Assembly: GCF_006345805.1 (NCBI RefSeq)
Contig: NC_042997.1
Location: 140,616,001-140,680,000 of the forward strand
Direction of reading: 5' to 3'
From: Octopus sinensis
Lineage: Eukaryota
Length of the DNA stretch: 64,000 nucleotides
A program made the translations under genes and the position numbers. Below the pieces are notes generated by a model. It had not been told where the DNA came from and did no database searches. It saw nothing but the letters and a program-made list of their open reading frames with translations. Positions 11,966 to 25,530 of this stretch are shown piece after piece; positions within the stretch are counted from its first letter, which is position 1, and each line of letters opens with the position of its first letter.

Positions 11966-13758
11966 ATCTACAATACACAAAACATTTTATAGACCCTTCC
12001 TTTCATTCTACAATATGCAAAACATTTTTAAAAATTTTAAATAAACATCTTAATAATATTTCGTTACTTTCGTTACTCTATTTATTTTGAGATGCTCTGT
12101 GTTTCTTTCAATTATTTAAAATATAACAAAGAATTTAGTAAAATAACTTAGTTATCATTAAGCTTGTGTTAGGAACATAGACTGTGACTAAGGTTTGGTG
12201 GACGATTTTAATTCAAAACTTATGAAAACAAGACATTTGTACTACAGAGCCAGAGCCAGTTTTGGTCGGGTTGGTAACGAAAGGGTTAATTCTAAAAATA
12301 TATCAAGATTTTTAAGCAATAAATGTCTAAAGAAGTCCACTTGAGTAAAATAGGTATCAAAAGAGTCCATAGGTAAAAAAATGGTTGAGAGCCTCTGCTC
12401 TAGAGGCTAAGTTAGTGTTACATTCTTGCTCAAGTGTTGAGCGAGTGTTAAGGAAGATTATGTAGCTATGTTATCAAAATATAATAAATGCGAAAACTAA
12501 TTTCTGTGTGTCAGTGTGTCATACTTTGACTCCACTCTCTCACTATTCAATAACACTTCTACTATTCCTCATACTGGGGGGAGAGTAATAGTAGGCATAA
12601 AGATGGTGAGGGCAGTGGCAAAGAGAAAGAGAGACAAAGAAATTTAGGGAGAGTTGATGAGGTTTTATTAAAAGTAGTCGTGTTGATGGTGGCACTGGGA
12701 GTAATAAGAGAGAGAGAGAGAAAAAGTGGGTATGTAAGAGAAAGAGGGACTGAACACTGAACTGGCATGCTGAACTAACATACTGAACACTGGTAATGGG
12801 ATGATAGTAATAGTATGAGATGTAGTTGAGATAGAGGTGGAGCCTGCAGTGATGATGGTGATGGTGGTGTTGGTAGCCAAGATGGTCAGAGATGATGATG
12901 AGAGTAAGTAATGTGAAAGACAAAGGTGATGGTGGTGGAGGAGAAGGCGACAAAGTCAAAGGTACTGATAGCGGTGGCGTCAGAAGTTTGAATGGTGTAT
13001 ATGGCAGATGTGGTGGCGATGGTGGTGGTACTGTTGTTTATCATGAAGCTTTGCAATAAGTTCCAAGTCGACAAATTATATCATTGTTTTGATGAAAATT
13101 GTTCATTGCTTGATTTAATATTGTTCATGTTTAATAGAATTTAATATGTATTCAATGCATGAAGTGTCATTGTTGGGCCCAAGGCCTAATGAAGTGCCCA
13201 CCACAGGAGCCCTATTGGGTAGCTTTTTAGCCAGTGTTTAATAAAGCTAAGAAATAGAGAGAGGGAGCTGGCTGTTGTAGTCTGTGGCTGACTCAGCAGT
13301 ACAGACAGTAGGAGAGGGTCTTTTATCTAGGGGAATGTTATTGCAGTAGAGCTATAGCTGGTAAGCTGATTGTGGAGGGGGAAAGCACACAAACAGACAT
13401 GCACGTACGCGCGCGCGCACACACACACAGTATGTTTACGATGAGAGTGTAAGTGATATCAGTGATATTCTTGTAGGCTGGTAGAGGGAATGGGAGACCT
13501 GTAGATGGTAAAATTTGGTGGAGCAGGTGAGAGACCAAGGTTGTCAAATCTGGAAGAAGGTTGGGGTGCAGATGTACCAAATACGGTTTTTATGTGCAGT
13601 TTGTTCTGCTGCTGACATGGGCAGAATTGTATGCATGCTGTATATGTAAATTAGTGGCAGTAATATTTTGCACATTGTGAGAGAGGTTTTTGTGAAAACT
13701 TTGCAATTGAAAATTATTTATTTATAATAAAACACACACACACACACACACAGATGTA

Positions 13759-13801
<43 letters not shown>

Positions 13802-13858
13802 TACGGAGATGTACTCGCATAGCAAGTGATTTGATCTGAGATCGTGTGCTGAAACGAA

Positions 13859-14129
13859 AACAATTGCAGCGTGGAAGGTGTTTGTAAGCCATTTAAGAAA
13901 CACACAAAAGCCGTTCGATTCACTTCAACATTTAAGTTTAATTTGTCAAAATATTTTTGTTGCTAAAATCCATGCTGCATCTGTGCAGCACGGATTTTTG
14001 TCAGTGAACAGGTCACGGATTTTAGCGACAAAAATATTTTGACAAATTAAACTTAAATGTTGAAGTGAATCGAACGGCTTTTGTATGTTTCTTAAATGGC
14101 TTACAAACACCTTCCATGCTGCAATTGTT
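13859..14129. repeat. Foldback element: 116-bp inverted arms (13859-13974 and 14014-14129) with a 39-bp spacer
   Basis: Manual alignment gives 4 mismatches in 116 bp, all transitions. The whole unit from 13801 is flanked by (TA)n on both sides. Confidence 0.95.
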
Positions 14130-16419
14130 ATATATATATATAAGCCATATCAAACAGTGAGAATGAGTGCTCATCACTGCATTAGTGAATAAATATCATG
14201 CCTAGAGAAAATTTCTCAGCAATTATAAAGCTTGCCCCATGGGACATTGGTACTTGTCTCCATATTGGATGGTAATACACATGCACACACTCTCACATAC
14301 ATATATTTATTTATATGTGTGTGTGTGTATTGAGAAAATAGCTGGGAATAAGAGGAATGAATTTGAAGTAGTTGGAATCTGTAGAAGAAGGAAACTTTGG
14401 AAGATATAGGATAATGTAGAGAAGACTGATCTGGAAACTGAATTTTATATATAAATATGGATGGTAAATCAAATTAATACACTTGTCAATGTTATCTAGC
14501 AGTTGTCTTTTGAGATGTGACATCAATCATCATTTGTTACTGAAAGAATGCTGGTTTACACATACATTCACATACTTCCCTTGTACATGCACACACATAC
14601 ACATATATACTCACACAGAGTTGAAACGCGGTTTGATTTTTCTTTTCAGCATTGAATGTTCACCATCTCACTTCTCTTGCACACACACACACAAACATTC
14701 ACATACCTCCCTTTTACAAACACATACGTTCCTTATTCATCTACCACACCTTCCTTTCTCATTCATATGTTGTGACAGAGAAAAACACAAGAATATTATA
14801 GTAGAAGATGTTTGCTACCCTCTCTTCTATTTCTGATTGGCTGTTTGACTATTGAAAAATGATGCTTGATTTGATCTGTTTGTAATTAATCTCTTCATCA
14901 TCACTCTATCTTTCATAGCTATAACTCTTTCTCCCCATGTGACCCTTCATTGGCATCTATTACTCTCATTTACCATTGTCCAACCTCTATTGTTATCCAT
15001 CACTTGTTCTTTCTCTTATCATCATCACCCATCTTCATTACTATCCCTTGATGCTGGGCATATTAGTTTTTTAGTTCATCTCCTTGCCATCAACTAACAT
15101 CTAGCTATCATTTTCTTTCTTACATGACTCTCTCCCTTACCATCTTCTCTCCTCTAACACTTTCTCATTCATACTCATACTCTTTCTTCTTTCACACTCT
15201 TAGTCTTCATTCGCTCCTCAATGGCACTCTGTCATTTACAACAACGGGGGTTCCAGTTGGTCTGATCAATGGAACAGCCTTCTTGTAAAATTAACATGCA
15301 AGTGGCTGAGCACTCCTCAGATACACGTACCCTTAATATAGTTGTCAGGGAGATTCAGTGTGACATAGAATGTGACAAGGGTAGCCCCTTTGAATTACTG
15401 GTACTACTCATATTTGCCAACTGAAAGAACTAGAACAATGTGAAATAAAGTATCTTTCTGAAGGATACAATGCATTGCTAGGAATTGAACTCATGATCTT
15501 ACAATTGGGAGCTGAAAACCCTAACCACTAAACCACACACCTTTATCTTTCCTTGGTACATCTGCTTCACTATATTTGATAGGGATTGCCTTCTTAATCC
15601 TGAATCAGCCAACCATATCTCTTGCCCTTCTTTAACTATTCCCCTTGTTCCATGGTACAAATTTCCTTTTTTTTCTAAATGGTCTAAATTAAAACCTTCT
15701 ATTAAAATTTCCTGTTAATTTATTTTCTGCTATTACATTGGTGTAATAATGACAAAGATATTTTGATAAATTCTTATTTTAAAAATTAATTGAAACAAAG
15801 ACAAAATATATCTACACAAATATGGTGATAAAAGGGTTAACAGAATTTCTCATTGTAGTTTAACAGTGGCTGGGTAACCATACACTCTATAGACTAGGAT
15901 AGTATTTCATTCTTAGTTAAAGATTGAGCAAAAGAGAGAGAAAGTTATGGAGGCTATCTCATAATAGTAAAACAAAGTAATCTATATCTTTATAGCTTAT
16001 ATTTTTTATCTTTGTATCTCTTCATAGCTAAGCATATGAAGAGATATAGAAAAGGAGCTAGCAGTTGTAGCCTGCAACTGACTCCATGGTGCAGGTAAAA
16101 AGAGAGAAGCTAGGGGAGGGGGCATTGTGATAGGGCCATGGCTGTTTATGTGATTATGATGGGGGCAAGCTCACTCACTACAATGAAAGTGAGTGACATG
16201 GAGGTATTCTGGTAGGCTGGTAGAAGAGGGTAGGAAGCCTAAGGCTGTGAAAGTTGGGAAAGGGGTGAATATCAGCTGTACCAACTGCAACTTGGGCTAG
16301 CTGTTTATCCTGCTGTTGTCATTGACACAATTCATTGACACATGCAGTACACATAAATAATATTAGAGCTATTGTATAGATAATAGTCTTATTTAGCATA
16401 CCAAGAAAATGGAATATGT

Positions 16420-17340
16420 GAACAAGATGTGGACTCTGCAAGTCATATTGCATGTTTGTGCAAGAGAAGGCATCCTGACACCCACATGCTGGCTAAATGT
16501 AACAAACTTACTGTCAGTCTTCACGACTATAACTGTTCGTGGCTTTGGCCTGACTTGATAAGTTGTCTCCATATTGGTCGGTTCTTCACTTGAGTTTGCT
16601 TCTTATTTATGATCAGTTCCTTTTCACTTCATTCATATTCCTTTCTGTAGTATCTTTGAATCTCAGTCTAGGTCTTCCGTGGTTTCTTTCCCACTAGCGT
16701 ACTTGGGAGTAAAGGAATTGTCTGGGGAGTCTGTTGTTGTTAATCCTGTGTACATGACCCAACCAACGTAAATTTCTATCAATGAGGATTTCCATCATAA
16801 GAGGCAGGCCAGCACATTGGAGGATCTCTTCATTCTTGATCTTGCCAAACAGAGTGATATTCATAATCTGTCACAGCTGTCTCATCATATATGCATGTAA
16901 CTTGTTTACATGAACTTTATACATTGTTCAGATTTCAGTTTCATACAACAGAGAAGAAAGCACTATAACCTTTACATTTGACCCGTATTAAAAAAACATG
17001 CCTATTTTCCTCACAGCCTCTCTTATAGCCAGTCAAAGGAAGCAGTAGCTCTGCTCATTCCGTCTGTGATTTCCTGGTCCAGTTATGCATTATCTGAGAT
17101 GGTGCTGCCTAGGTATTTGAATGCTTTGCACTGGACCAGCCCTTCATGTCGTATAGTGATGTTTTCTTCTGTTACAGGGGCAGGCAGGTTCTCCGCAGGC
17201 TGGTGGAAGCATTCAGTTTTTCTGAACTGTGCAGCTCTGGCAAATTTCTCTATCAGTTATTGCATATCTTTAGCACTGTGGGCAACCAGCACACTGCCAT
17301 CAGCAAACAGCATCTCTTGCACTAAAATCTTCATTGTCAC
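16420..17340 (-). mobile_element. RTE/BovB-like LINE 3' fragment (family c), decayed
   Basis: The - strand gives EMLFADGSVLVAHSAKDMQ (degenerate FADD motif at 17296-17307), FKYLGSTIS and GKRNHGRPRLRFKD, with multiple stops and frameshifts. Confidence 0.8.
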
Positions 17341-17344
17341 TGTC

Positions 17345-19700
17345 TTTGTGTGTGAGAGAGAATCGTGATATAGGAGAGAAATGTGTCCGCATGGATGACG
17401 GCTCATGTGCATATAATAAGGTTGCAAGGAGAGCGACTTGAAGACATCACTATGAAAGGTTGCTAAATGAAGAGAATGAATGGGAGAAAAAGAGTTTGCC
17501 AAATGTTGACCCAACAGAGGGACCAGGTATCCGAATTGACAGTAGATAAAGCAATTAAGGGTATGAAGACGGGAATACTTAAAATATCTGGTGGTGTTAG
17601 CTATAGTCTAGTCACCTGTATTGTAAATTAGGTAGTTCATGAAGGAGTCATGCCCAATGACAGGTGTAACAGCGCCATAGTCAACTGCTACAAAGGTAAA
17701 AGTGACGCATTAGATACAAATAATTACAGAGGTATCAAGTTGTTGGATCAGGTAATGAAAGTAATGGAGAAGGTCATAGCCCAACTAATTAGGGAGAGAG
17801 TCAGTCTAGATGAGATGCAGTTTGGGTTTGTGCCAGGGAAAGGCATCACTGATGCTATATTTCTGGTAAGACAACTGCAGGAGAAATACCTAGCCAAAGA
17901 TAAACCTCTGTACTTGGCTTTTGTTAACATGGAGAAAGCCTTTGACAGGGTCCCTCGATCCCTTATCTGGTGGTCAATGAGAAAACTAGGGATAGATGAA
18001 TGTTTAGTGAGATCTGTACAAGCCATGTACAGGGATGTTGTCAGTAAGGTGATGGTTGGCGATGAGTACAGTGAAGAATTCTGGGTAGGGGTAGGGGTCC
18101 ACCAAGGATCAGTCCTCAGCCCCCTCTTATTCATTATAGTCCTCCAAGCAATAACAGAGGAATTCAAGACAGGTTGCTCCTGGGAACTTCTCTATGCTGA
18201 TGACCTTGCTCTAATTGCTAAGTCACTATCAGAACTAGAGGAGAAGTTTAAGGTGTGGAAGCAAAAATTAGAATTGAAGGGCCTTAGAGTCAACCTAGCA
18301 AAAACCAGAGTCTTAATAAGTAGGAAGGCAGGCAAACCACAAATCCATTCAGGTAGATGGCCCTGCACAATCTGTAGAAAAGGCGTAGGTAGAAACTCCA
18401 TAAGATGTACCCAGTGTAAGCTATGGGCACATAAGAGGTGCATCAATATCAAAAGAAGGCTAACTGGGAATATAGTTTTTGTGTGTGGCAAATACCCAGG
18501 AGCAATAAACACTGAAAATGTGCAGAGAACAGCTTCTGTTACATTCCAGGGGTAAAACTAGAAGTAGTTGATAGCTTCTGTTATCTAGGTGACCAACTCA
18601 GTAGCAGGGTTGGATGCTCTGAAAGTGTAGCTGTTAGAGTAGGGATAGCCTGAGCAAAGTTCAGCTGGTGACAAAAGGCCTCTCTCTCTCTCAGAGTAAA
18701 AGGTAGACTGTATGACGCATGTGTGCAAACAGCTATGGTACATGGCAGTGAAACATGAGCCATGACTACTGAGGACATGCATAAACTTTGCGAGGAATGA
18801 AGCCAGTATGCTCTGCTGGATGTGTAATGTCAGTGGTGCATATACAATAGAGTGTAAGTGCCCTGAGAGAAAGGTTGGATGTGAGAAGCCTCAGATGTGG
18901 TGTGCAAGAGATGACTGTATTGGTATGGTCATGTGATGTGAATGGATGAGGACAGCTGTGTGAAAAAGTGTCACACCCTAGCAGTTGAGTGAACCTGCAG
19001 AAGAGGTAGCCCCAGGAAGACTTGGGATGAGGTGGTGAAGCATGACCTTCGAACATTGGGCCTCACTGAGGCAAGACAAGTGTCAACAAAAGCCAGGTAC
19101 AGAGGTTTATCACCTTTGGAGATATGCTGTGCTTGAGAAGACCCGGCAAACCAAGTGAGACCATAACCGTGGCCTATGCCAGTGCTGTATAACCAGCCCA
19201 TTTAAGAGTATCGTTCAGTCATTGAACAATAAACTATGCTTGCGAAGACATGTAGAGGCAAGTGAAATCGCTGTAGTGGCTGGTGACAGTACCACCTGTT
19301 TGGCACCTATGCCAGTGGAATGTTAAAAGCACCATTCGAGCATGATTTTTGCCAGGGTCGCTGACTGGCTCCAATGCCGGTGATACATAAAAAAAAGCAC
19401 CATTCGAGCATGGTTGTTGGCAGTGCTGCTGGATTGGCTCCTGTGCAGGTGGCACATAAAAAGCATCTTTTGAACATGGCTGATGCTAGTACCGCCTGAC
19501 TGATCCTCGTGCCAGTGGCATGTAAAAGCACCCACTACACTCTCAGAGTGGTTGGAGTTAGGAAGGGCATTCAGCTGTAGAAACTTTGCCAGATCAGATT
19601 GGAGACTGGTGCAACCTTCTGGCTCTCCAGCCCTCAGTCAAACCGTACAACCCATGTCAGCATGGAAAGCGGATGTTAAATGATGATGATGATGATGATG
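17345..19700 (+). mobile_element. 5'-truncated RTE-b LINE, about 2.35 kb: RT domain, PHD-type finger, C-terminus, 3' UTR repeats and (ATG)n tail
   Basis: ORF 17650-18555 has NYRGIKLL, QFGFVPGK...DAIF, EKAFDRVP, GVHQGSVLSPLLF and LYADD (18193-18204). Downstream it is broken by stops and frameshifts; tandem UTR units at about 19270-19520 and the tail at 19680-19700. Confidence 0.95.
17650..18555 (+). pseudogene. LINE ORF2 reverse transcriptase fragment (301 aa open segment)
   Basis: Non-LTR RT motifs as above. The first catalytic Asp appears replaced (FVNMEKAFD rather than FVDxEKAFD) and the frame is interrupted after 18555. Confidence 0.92.
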
Positions 19701-20094
19701 TGTGTGTTTGTGTGTCTGTGTTTGTCCCCCCAACATTGCTTGACAACCGATGCTGGTGTGTTTACGTCCCCATAACTTAGCAGTTTCGCAAACGAGACCA
19801 ATAGAATAAGAACTAGGCTTACAAAAAATAAATCCTGAGTTGATTTTCTCGACTAAAAGGTGTTGCTCCAGCATGCCCACAGTCAAATGACTGAAACAAG
19901 TAAAAGAAAAGTTGGACATGTTTTACATGAGAGACTGGAAACAAATGCCACTGTTTGTGTGAGTGTGATACTCATTTGTAATTATTGCATGCTGTCAAGG
20001 CAAGGAGACATGCAAACATGCACATACATACATATGTAAAGCTATACAAACATAGATATATATATACGAAAGGTCTGTTTCTATTGAAAGACTC

Positions 20095-20370
20095 CCTTTG
20101 GTCATGAATGACCATGGAATTGCACCTAGAAAGTTACCCTCTGAAGCACAAGTCCGAGCAAGGTTGTTTGTGAAAGGCCAGCAGTCCCCCATGCATTCTG
20201 GCCTACCCTCTCCAGGCCACAGATGTTATCAAAGGGAAAGGCAAAAGCTGATACAGCTTGGCATCAGTGATGTTGCAACTCATTTCTACAGCTGAGTGAA
20301 CTGGAGCAATGTGAAATAAAGTGTCTTGCTCTAGAACACAACACACAGTCCAGTCCAGGAATTGAACTCT
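20095..20370 (-). mobile_element. tRNA-derived SINE (family with gtgcaatcccatggtcattcatgac tail)
   Basis: Reverse complement of the copies at 27925-28262 and 35050-35395. Confidence 0.75.
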
Positions 20371-20600
20371 TTCTATTTAATAACTACCAAATCTACTCAC
20401 AAGGCTTTGGTCTATCTGAGGCTATAGAAGACATACCTTGAGAGAAGTATCTCAGTGAAACTGAACCCAAAACCACATGGATGGGAAGCAAACTTCTTAA
20501 CCACACAGCCATGCCTGGGGCTGAAAATTTTTTGTAATTTTGCTGTTCTTATATCAAAACAGCAAATAATAAATTTGCTGATGTATGCAAAGCTTTGTTA

Positions 20601-21656
20601 CCCTTTTGTTACCAAACCGCCCAAAGCCGCCCGAAAAAATTTTGGTTAATGTGACCAAACCGCCCAAAGCCGCCCGAATTTACCTATTCATATTTAAATG
20701 AGAATATCAGAGCAAATCTCTTTAGTACATTCGTGAAAACATGTGATTATACTTTGTAAACAGTTCATCTACAGTTTTGTACAACGATCAACATGTAATT
20801 TTAATTCCCTGAATTTTGGGAGATCTTTTTCCACATTTTTTTCGGCATCGATTTTTCTTTGTGAAGCAATTACTGGGTACTGTTGTGGATTTAGTTTTTA
20901 TACAGGGAAACTAATGTTAGTCAGCATGGCTTAGGGTATGATGTGGTCTGGAAGTTATTGTTTGAAGCGATCAATGCGGAAACAAACTTACGCAAAATGT
21001 AAACAAACACAAAATGGGGGTTCAAATTTCGGAAAATTTGTGAAGCAAATACTGGGTATTGCGTGGATTTAGTTTTTATACAGGGAAAATAATGTTAGTC
21101 AGCATGGCCTAGGGAACGATGTGGTCTGGAATTTATCACTTCCATACCATAACCAGGGCCGTATATTATTTTTTGACTGATTTCTTTAGTTCGGTCAAAC
21201 TTGCGGTGGATTCCAGTATTTCACTTTATTCCACCTTTATGGTACACCTGTTGTGCATTAAATTCAACTGATGATATAGTGATGTGCACAATTCTTCTTT
21301 ATCAAAATTTTGTTGCATACCCATTTGAATATTAGCTGATGATTTATTTTCTATGGTGACGTTTAAACAAAATTTTAATATTTTTACCTTTTGCTCAATT
21401 TAAAATTTTAATATTTTTACCTTTTGCTCAATTTACCTGGATTTACCTGTAATTAAAGTCACTTTGAGACAAAAGTTATGCAATAGAATTGATTAAGAAC
21501 CCTTTCTTTAATTATGTTCCAAATATCACATTAAAATGTTGATAAGTAAAAAAGTTACAGTTATTTAATGAAACAAGCCTAGATTCATGATTATTTTAGA
21601 ATTTAACTGAAACTCATGAGGGGTGTATTTTGGTCAGAAATATAGTAACGAAAGGG
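20601..21656 (+). mobile_element. Internally deleted piggyBac element with transposase remnants
   Basis: Ends are cccttttgttacc ... gtaacgaaaggg|ttaa. Internal frames give TGYCCGFSFYTGK / NVSQHGLGYDVVWKL and NQGRILF..DFFSSVKLAVD, resembling the piggyBac GLG..VV...DNFFTS segment. Confidence 0.75.
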
Positions 21657-22079
21657 TTAAACTGGAATTCCTTAGCGGCACACTAAGCAGTGATGATTAA
21701 AGTATATGTTTGGTACAATTATATTTAACTAGTTTGTGTACATGTAAACATGGAAAGTAATTGAAACTGGTTTCGTATTAAATAATAAAATGCATTTGCT
21801 GTTCTCTCACTTTGCACATTCCCATACAGCTAAAGAATTAACTATAAACAGGTTTTTGTTCAATAATTTTCTACGTGACACACCTTAGATATTAACAATT
21901 TATTGCAGTTGTATGTTATTTCTGTCATCCAGTTTGAAAAGTGCAAACCTGATATTCCATATTTTAGAAACTTCTTATCCTGCATTCATCAATGTTGCTC
22001 ATTGTGTAAATGAGTATAGCTTTAATTAATATTGTCATTGGTATTAACTTCATATCTAAGTAGTTAATGTGTAGCGAGT

Positions 22080-22600
22080 GATTGAACCTCTTCATCCTGA
22101 TGGGTGCAAAGGGTGCTGGTGCCGCAGGTGGTTGTTTGGGCCAAGGGAAGTATAAAAGAGCAAGAGATATTTATTGCAGAGGCGGATTGGTGGAGTACAA
22201 GGAAGTGTGAGTCGTTCTTAGCATCTTTGACATCTGACCCCTGCCTTTTGACATCTGTTATTTTCCCCCAGGTCCATTCCCTTGATGATGGTACGTCGCC
22301 ACTTTGGATGGTCCGTGGCAATTGTCTCCCAGGTGTTTGGGTCAATGAAGCAGCAGAGGAGAGGTGGTCTGGTAAATTTGGGTGCTCTGCATTTGAGGCA
22401 TACCTGTGGAGGCAGTACTGTGTCATGGTAGCTTCAGTGCTGGGCAGCTTAGTCTGGAGCAGAACCTCTTTAACGGTATTATGGTCCTTCCATCAAATCC
22501 TCATGATTGTTCAAAGTTTGTGCTATTGGAAACATTCGATTTTCTTCAAACCATCTCAATACACACCCAACATTTAATTAATATAGTTCTGTAGAAATAC
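22080..22600 (-). mobile_element. RTE/BovB-like LINE extreme 3' end, decayed
   Basis: The - strand includes IDPNTWETIATDHPKWRRTIIKG followed by a Cys-rich stretch, resembling the RTE C-terminus; stops and frameshifts present. Confidence 0.6.
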
Positions 22601-25209
22601 TTTGTCTTTGTTTCATATATTATATTTATTTGCATTTAAGTCACCATAGCTCACACAATTTATACTATATTTTAATTGAAAAAACTTGTGTGTGACTTAA
22701 ACATGGGTCAAAGTTAAAACAATGAAGGGAAAAAAAATTTATGCCAAGATTTAACGCTAAATTAATGGTGCAACTTGTACATAATTTTGAAAATTATGAA
22801 GAATTTATTAACATAACTTTGTCATTAGGAAATCGGGTTTGGAATGTACCATAAAATTTTGATTGAAATTTTTACCTTAGATTTCTTTAAAACATTAAGT
22901 TTGTATTATAGAACCAAGAGCAGACTTTGGTAGGTTGGTATGAAAAGGGTTTAAAAGTACTTATTTTGTTCAACTTACACTCCAAGATTGGGTAACTGCA
23001 GACAAAAATATCTGGTTCAAGTTATAAAACCAAAGAGCAAAAAACATCTATGTGGTTGCCTGAATTACTTGGAATAGCGGCCAAATATCCTTCACTTTAC
23101 ACTGTATTGTCCTACACATACACGTAAAAATAGTGAGCTAGCACTAGTGTCAATTAATTAATAAACACCTGTCATTTATTTTGAGTGATGTCTATCCTGC
23201 AAGGCAGACTGTTACTTAACATTTCTACCAATTGTGTCTACCTGCTTGCCTGGATTCAATCATCCTGTGATATACATGGATACTAAGACAATGCGTAAAT
23301 TTATAATTATCAAAATATTCTGAGTCTAATAATTGATTTTCAATATTGAAATTTTACGAGGAATTTATGAAAAAATTTTATATTGAATTTAAAATAATTC
23401 ATCTCAGTGAGTTTAATTGAATACTGTAACTGCCAGTGATTCTGGCAGTTGACCAATTAATATAAAGGACTATATATAATATGTATGTCCTTTATGGTAT
23501 ATAGCAGCCTGTCTATCAATCTGTCTGTCTATCTGTTTAATATTATATAAAGGATGTATATGTCATCATCACTATCATCATCTTCATTTAATGCTGGATG
23601 AGTTGTATGGTTTGACTGAATTTCTATCTATCTAGGTTGCCTACCTCTAGGCAAGAAACATAGATAAGGGCAGCAATGTCAAACTCCCTCATCCACCAAA
23701 TGTCACATATCAGAGGACATTTAGTGAAAGTGTAGCAACATAAATGGTGATGCCCCAGCATAGCTGCAGTTCTTGGACTGAAACTCAGAAAATATATATA
23801 GATTTGCTTATTTCAGTCATTTGAAGAGTCTTAGTTGAACAAATCAACCTCAGGACTTATTTTTTTAAGCCTAGTATTTATAATTATTTAATAAACACAG
23901 GTGGGCAGTGTCAGATGATTGTGCTAAGACAACAAATGTTATAAAACACTGTTTGGCATGTCCTCATTACATGAAATTAATTGTAGTTCATAAAAACATA
24001 TACTGTATTTATTAAATAATTATCTCTCACCTAATGGAGTACTTTTTTGTTGACTTTACCATCACAAAATAGCACACTATATACATATATACGTATATAC
24101 ATATTATAAGTATGTGTGGCTATGTGGTTAAGAAGCTTGCTTCCTAGTTTCATGGTCTTGGGTTTAGGCCCATTGCACAACACCTACAGCAAGTGTCTTC
24201 CACTATAGACCTAGGCCTCCCTCACTGGCTAATCATTATCATTGTTTTTATGTTCACTTTTTCATGGTTGTATAGATCAGAAGGCATTTGTTGAAGTAGA
24301 CTGTCTACAGCTAGATACCTTTCCTGTCTCCAACCCTCATCCATTTCCAAATAAGGTAATATTTCTCCATGACCAGACATGTTTTCATGGAAGATTGGAA
24401 ATGCATGACACTGCTTAAATGACAGTGTTTAGAACTATCACATGATGTCAAGACACAAGCATACACTTCCATATAAATGTGTGCATGCACACACACACAC
24501 ACACACACACACATGCATACAAACATGATATTAGTCTTTAGGAAAAGCAGAGTACAAATGTACTGTGAGACCTGCTGAATCAGCCAGATTATGCAGGAGA
24601 GATGGCTGCTGTTTATTTGGATATTTGACATGAATGTTGAATGCACAATGAAAGCTGTTTGGAAAAACACCCACTACTGGTTCTGTCAGTGGATCATTCC
24701 CTGCATTTTAGGAACACTGACAAGTAGCTAGGGTTGACTGTTGGGATACAAGGTCACACAACTGAGACAGGGAAAGATAAAGACATGAGACAAAAGTGAA
24801 CCACCCAATATACACCAGCTGAACCTGACATAAATGTTAGGAGGTTATTTGTCAATAATACCACACAATTAAATAGAAGAAATAGATATTATAAAAAATA
24901 AAGATCAATATCGACTTTGCACAATGTATGGGAATATTAAATATTAAGGCGAAATACACACGTGCGTGCACACACACACACACACACAGACTCACTGAAG
25001 CATGCAGAAATACACTCTAATACAGGGCATCTCAAACTATGTGATGTGGCATACCAGCAGTTTTTTTTTCCAATGTGTCAGTAATATTTCTTAGTAATAG
25101 TAATTTATACTGGAAACAATATATGTAATGAATATAATGAAAATGATAATTTTTTTATCTTCTATTTATTTTGTAAACAAATAATACAATATTATATAAG
25201 CATTTTGTG

Positions 25210-25530
25210 AAGTCACGTGGCTTAGTGGTTAGGGCATTTGGCTCATGATTGTAAGGTCGTGAGTTTGATTCCTGGTGACGCGTTGAGTCCTTGAGCAACA
25301 CACTTTATTTCATATTGCTCCAGTTCACTCAGCTGGTAAAAATGAATTGTACCTGTATTTCAAAGGGCCGGCCTTGTCACACTTTGTGTCACGCTGAATC
25401 TCCCTGAAAACTACGTTAGGGGTACTCATGTCTGTGGATTGCTCAGTCACTTGCAAGTTAATTTCACGAGCAGGCTGTTCCATTGATTGGATCAGCTGGA
25501 ACCCTCATCGTCATAACCAATGGAGTGCTC
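25210..25530 (+). mobile_element. tRNA-derived SINE with gtcaaatttcacgagcaggctgttcc-type tail
   Basis: A-box-like tggcttagtggtt and B-box-like gagtttgattcc; the 3' half matches 51660-51850. An inverted copy lies at about 15225-15545. Confidence 0.75.
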
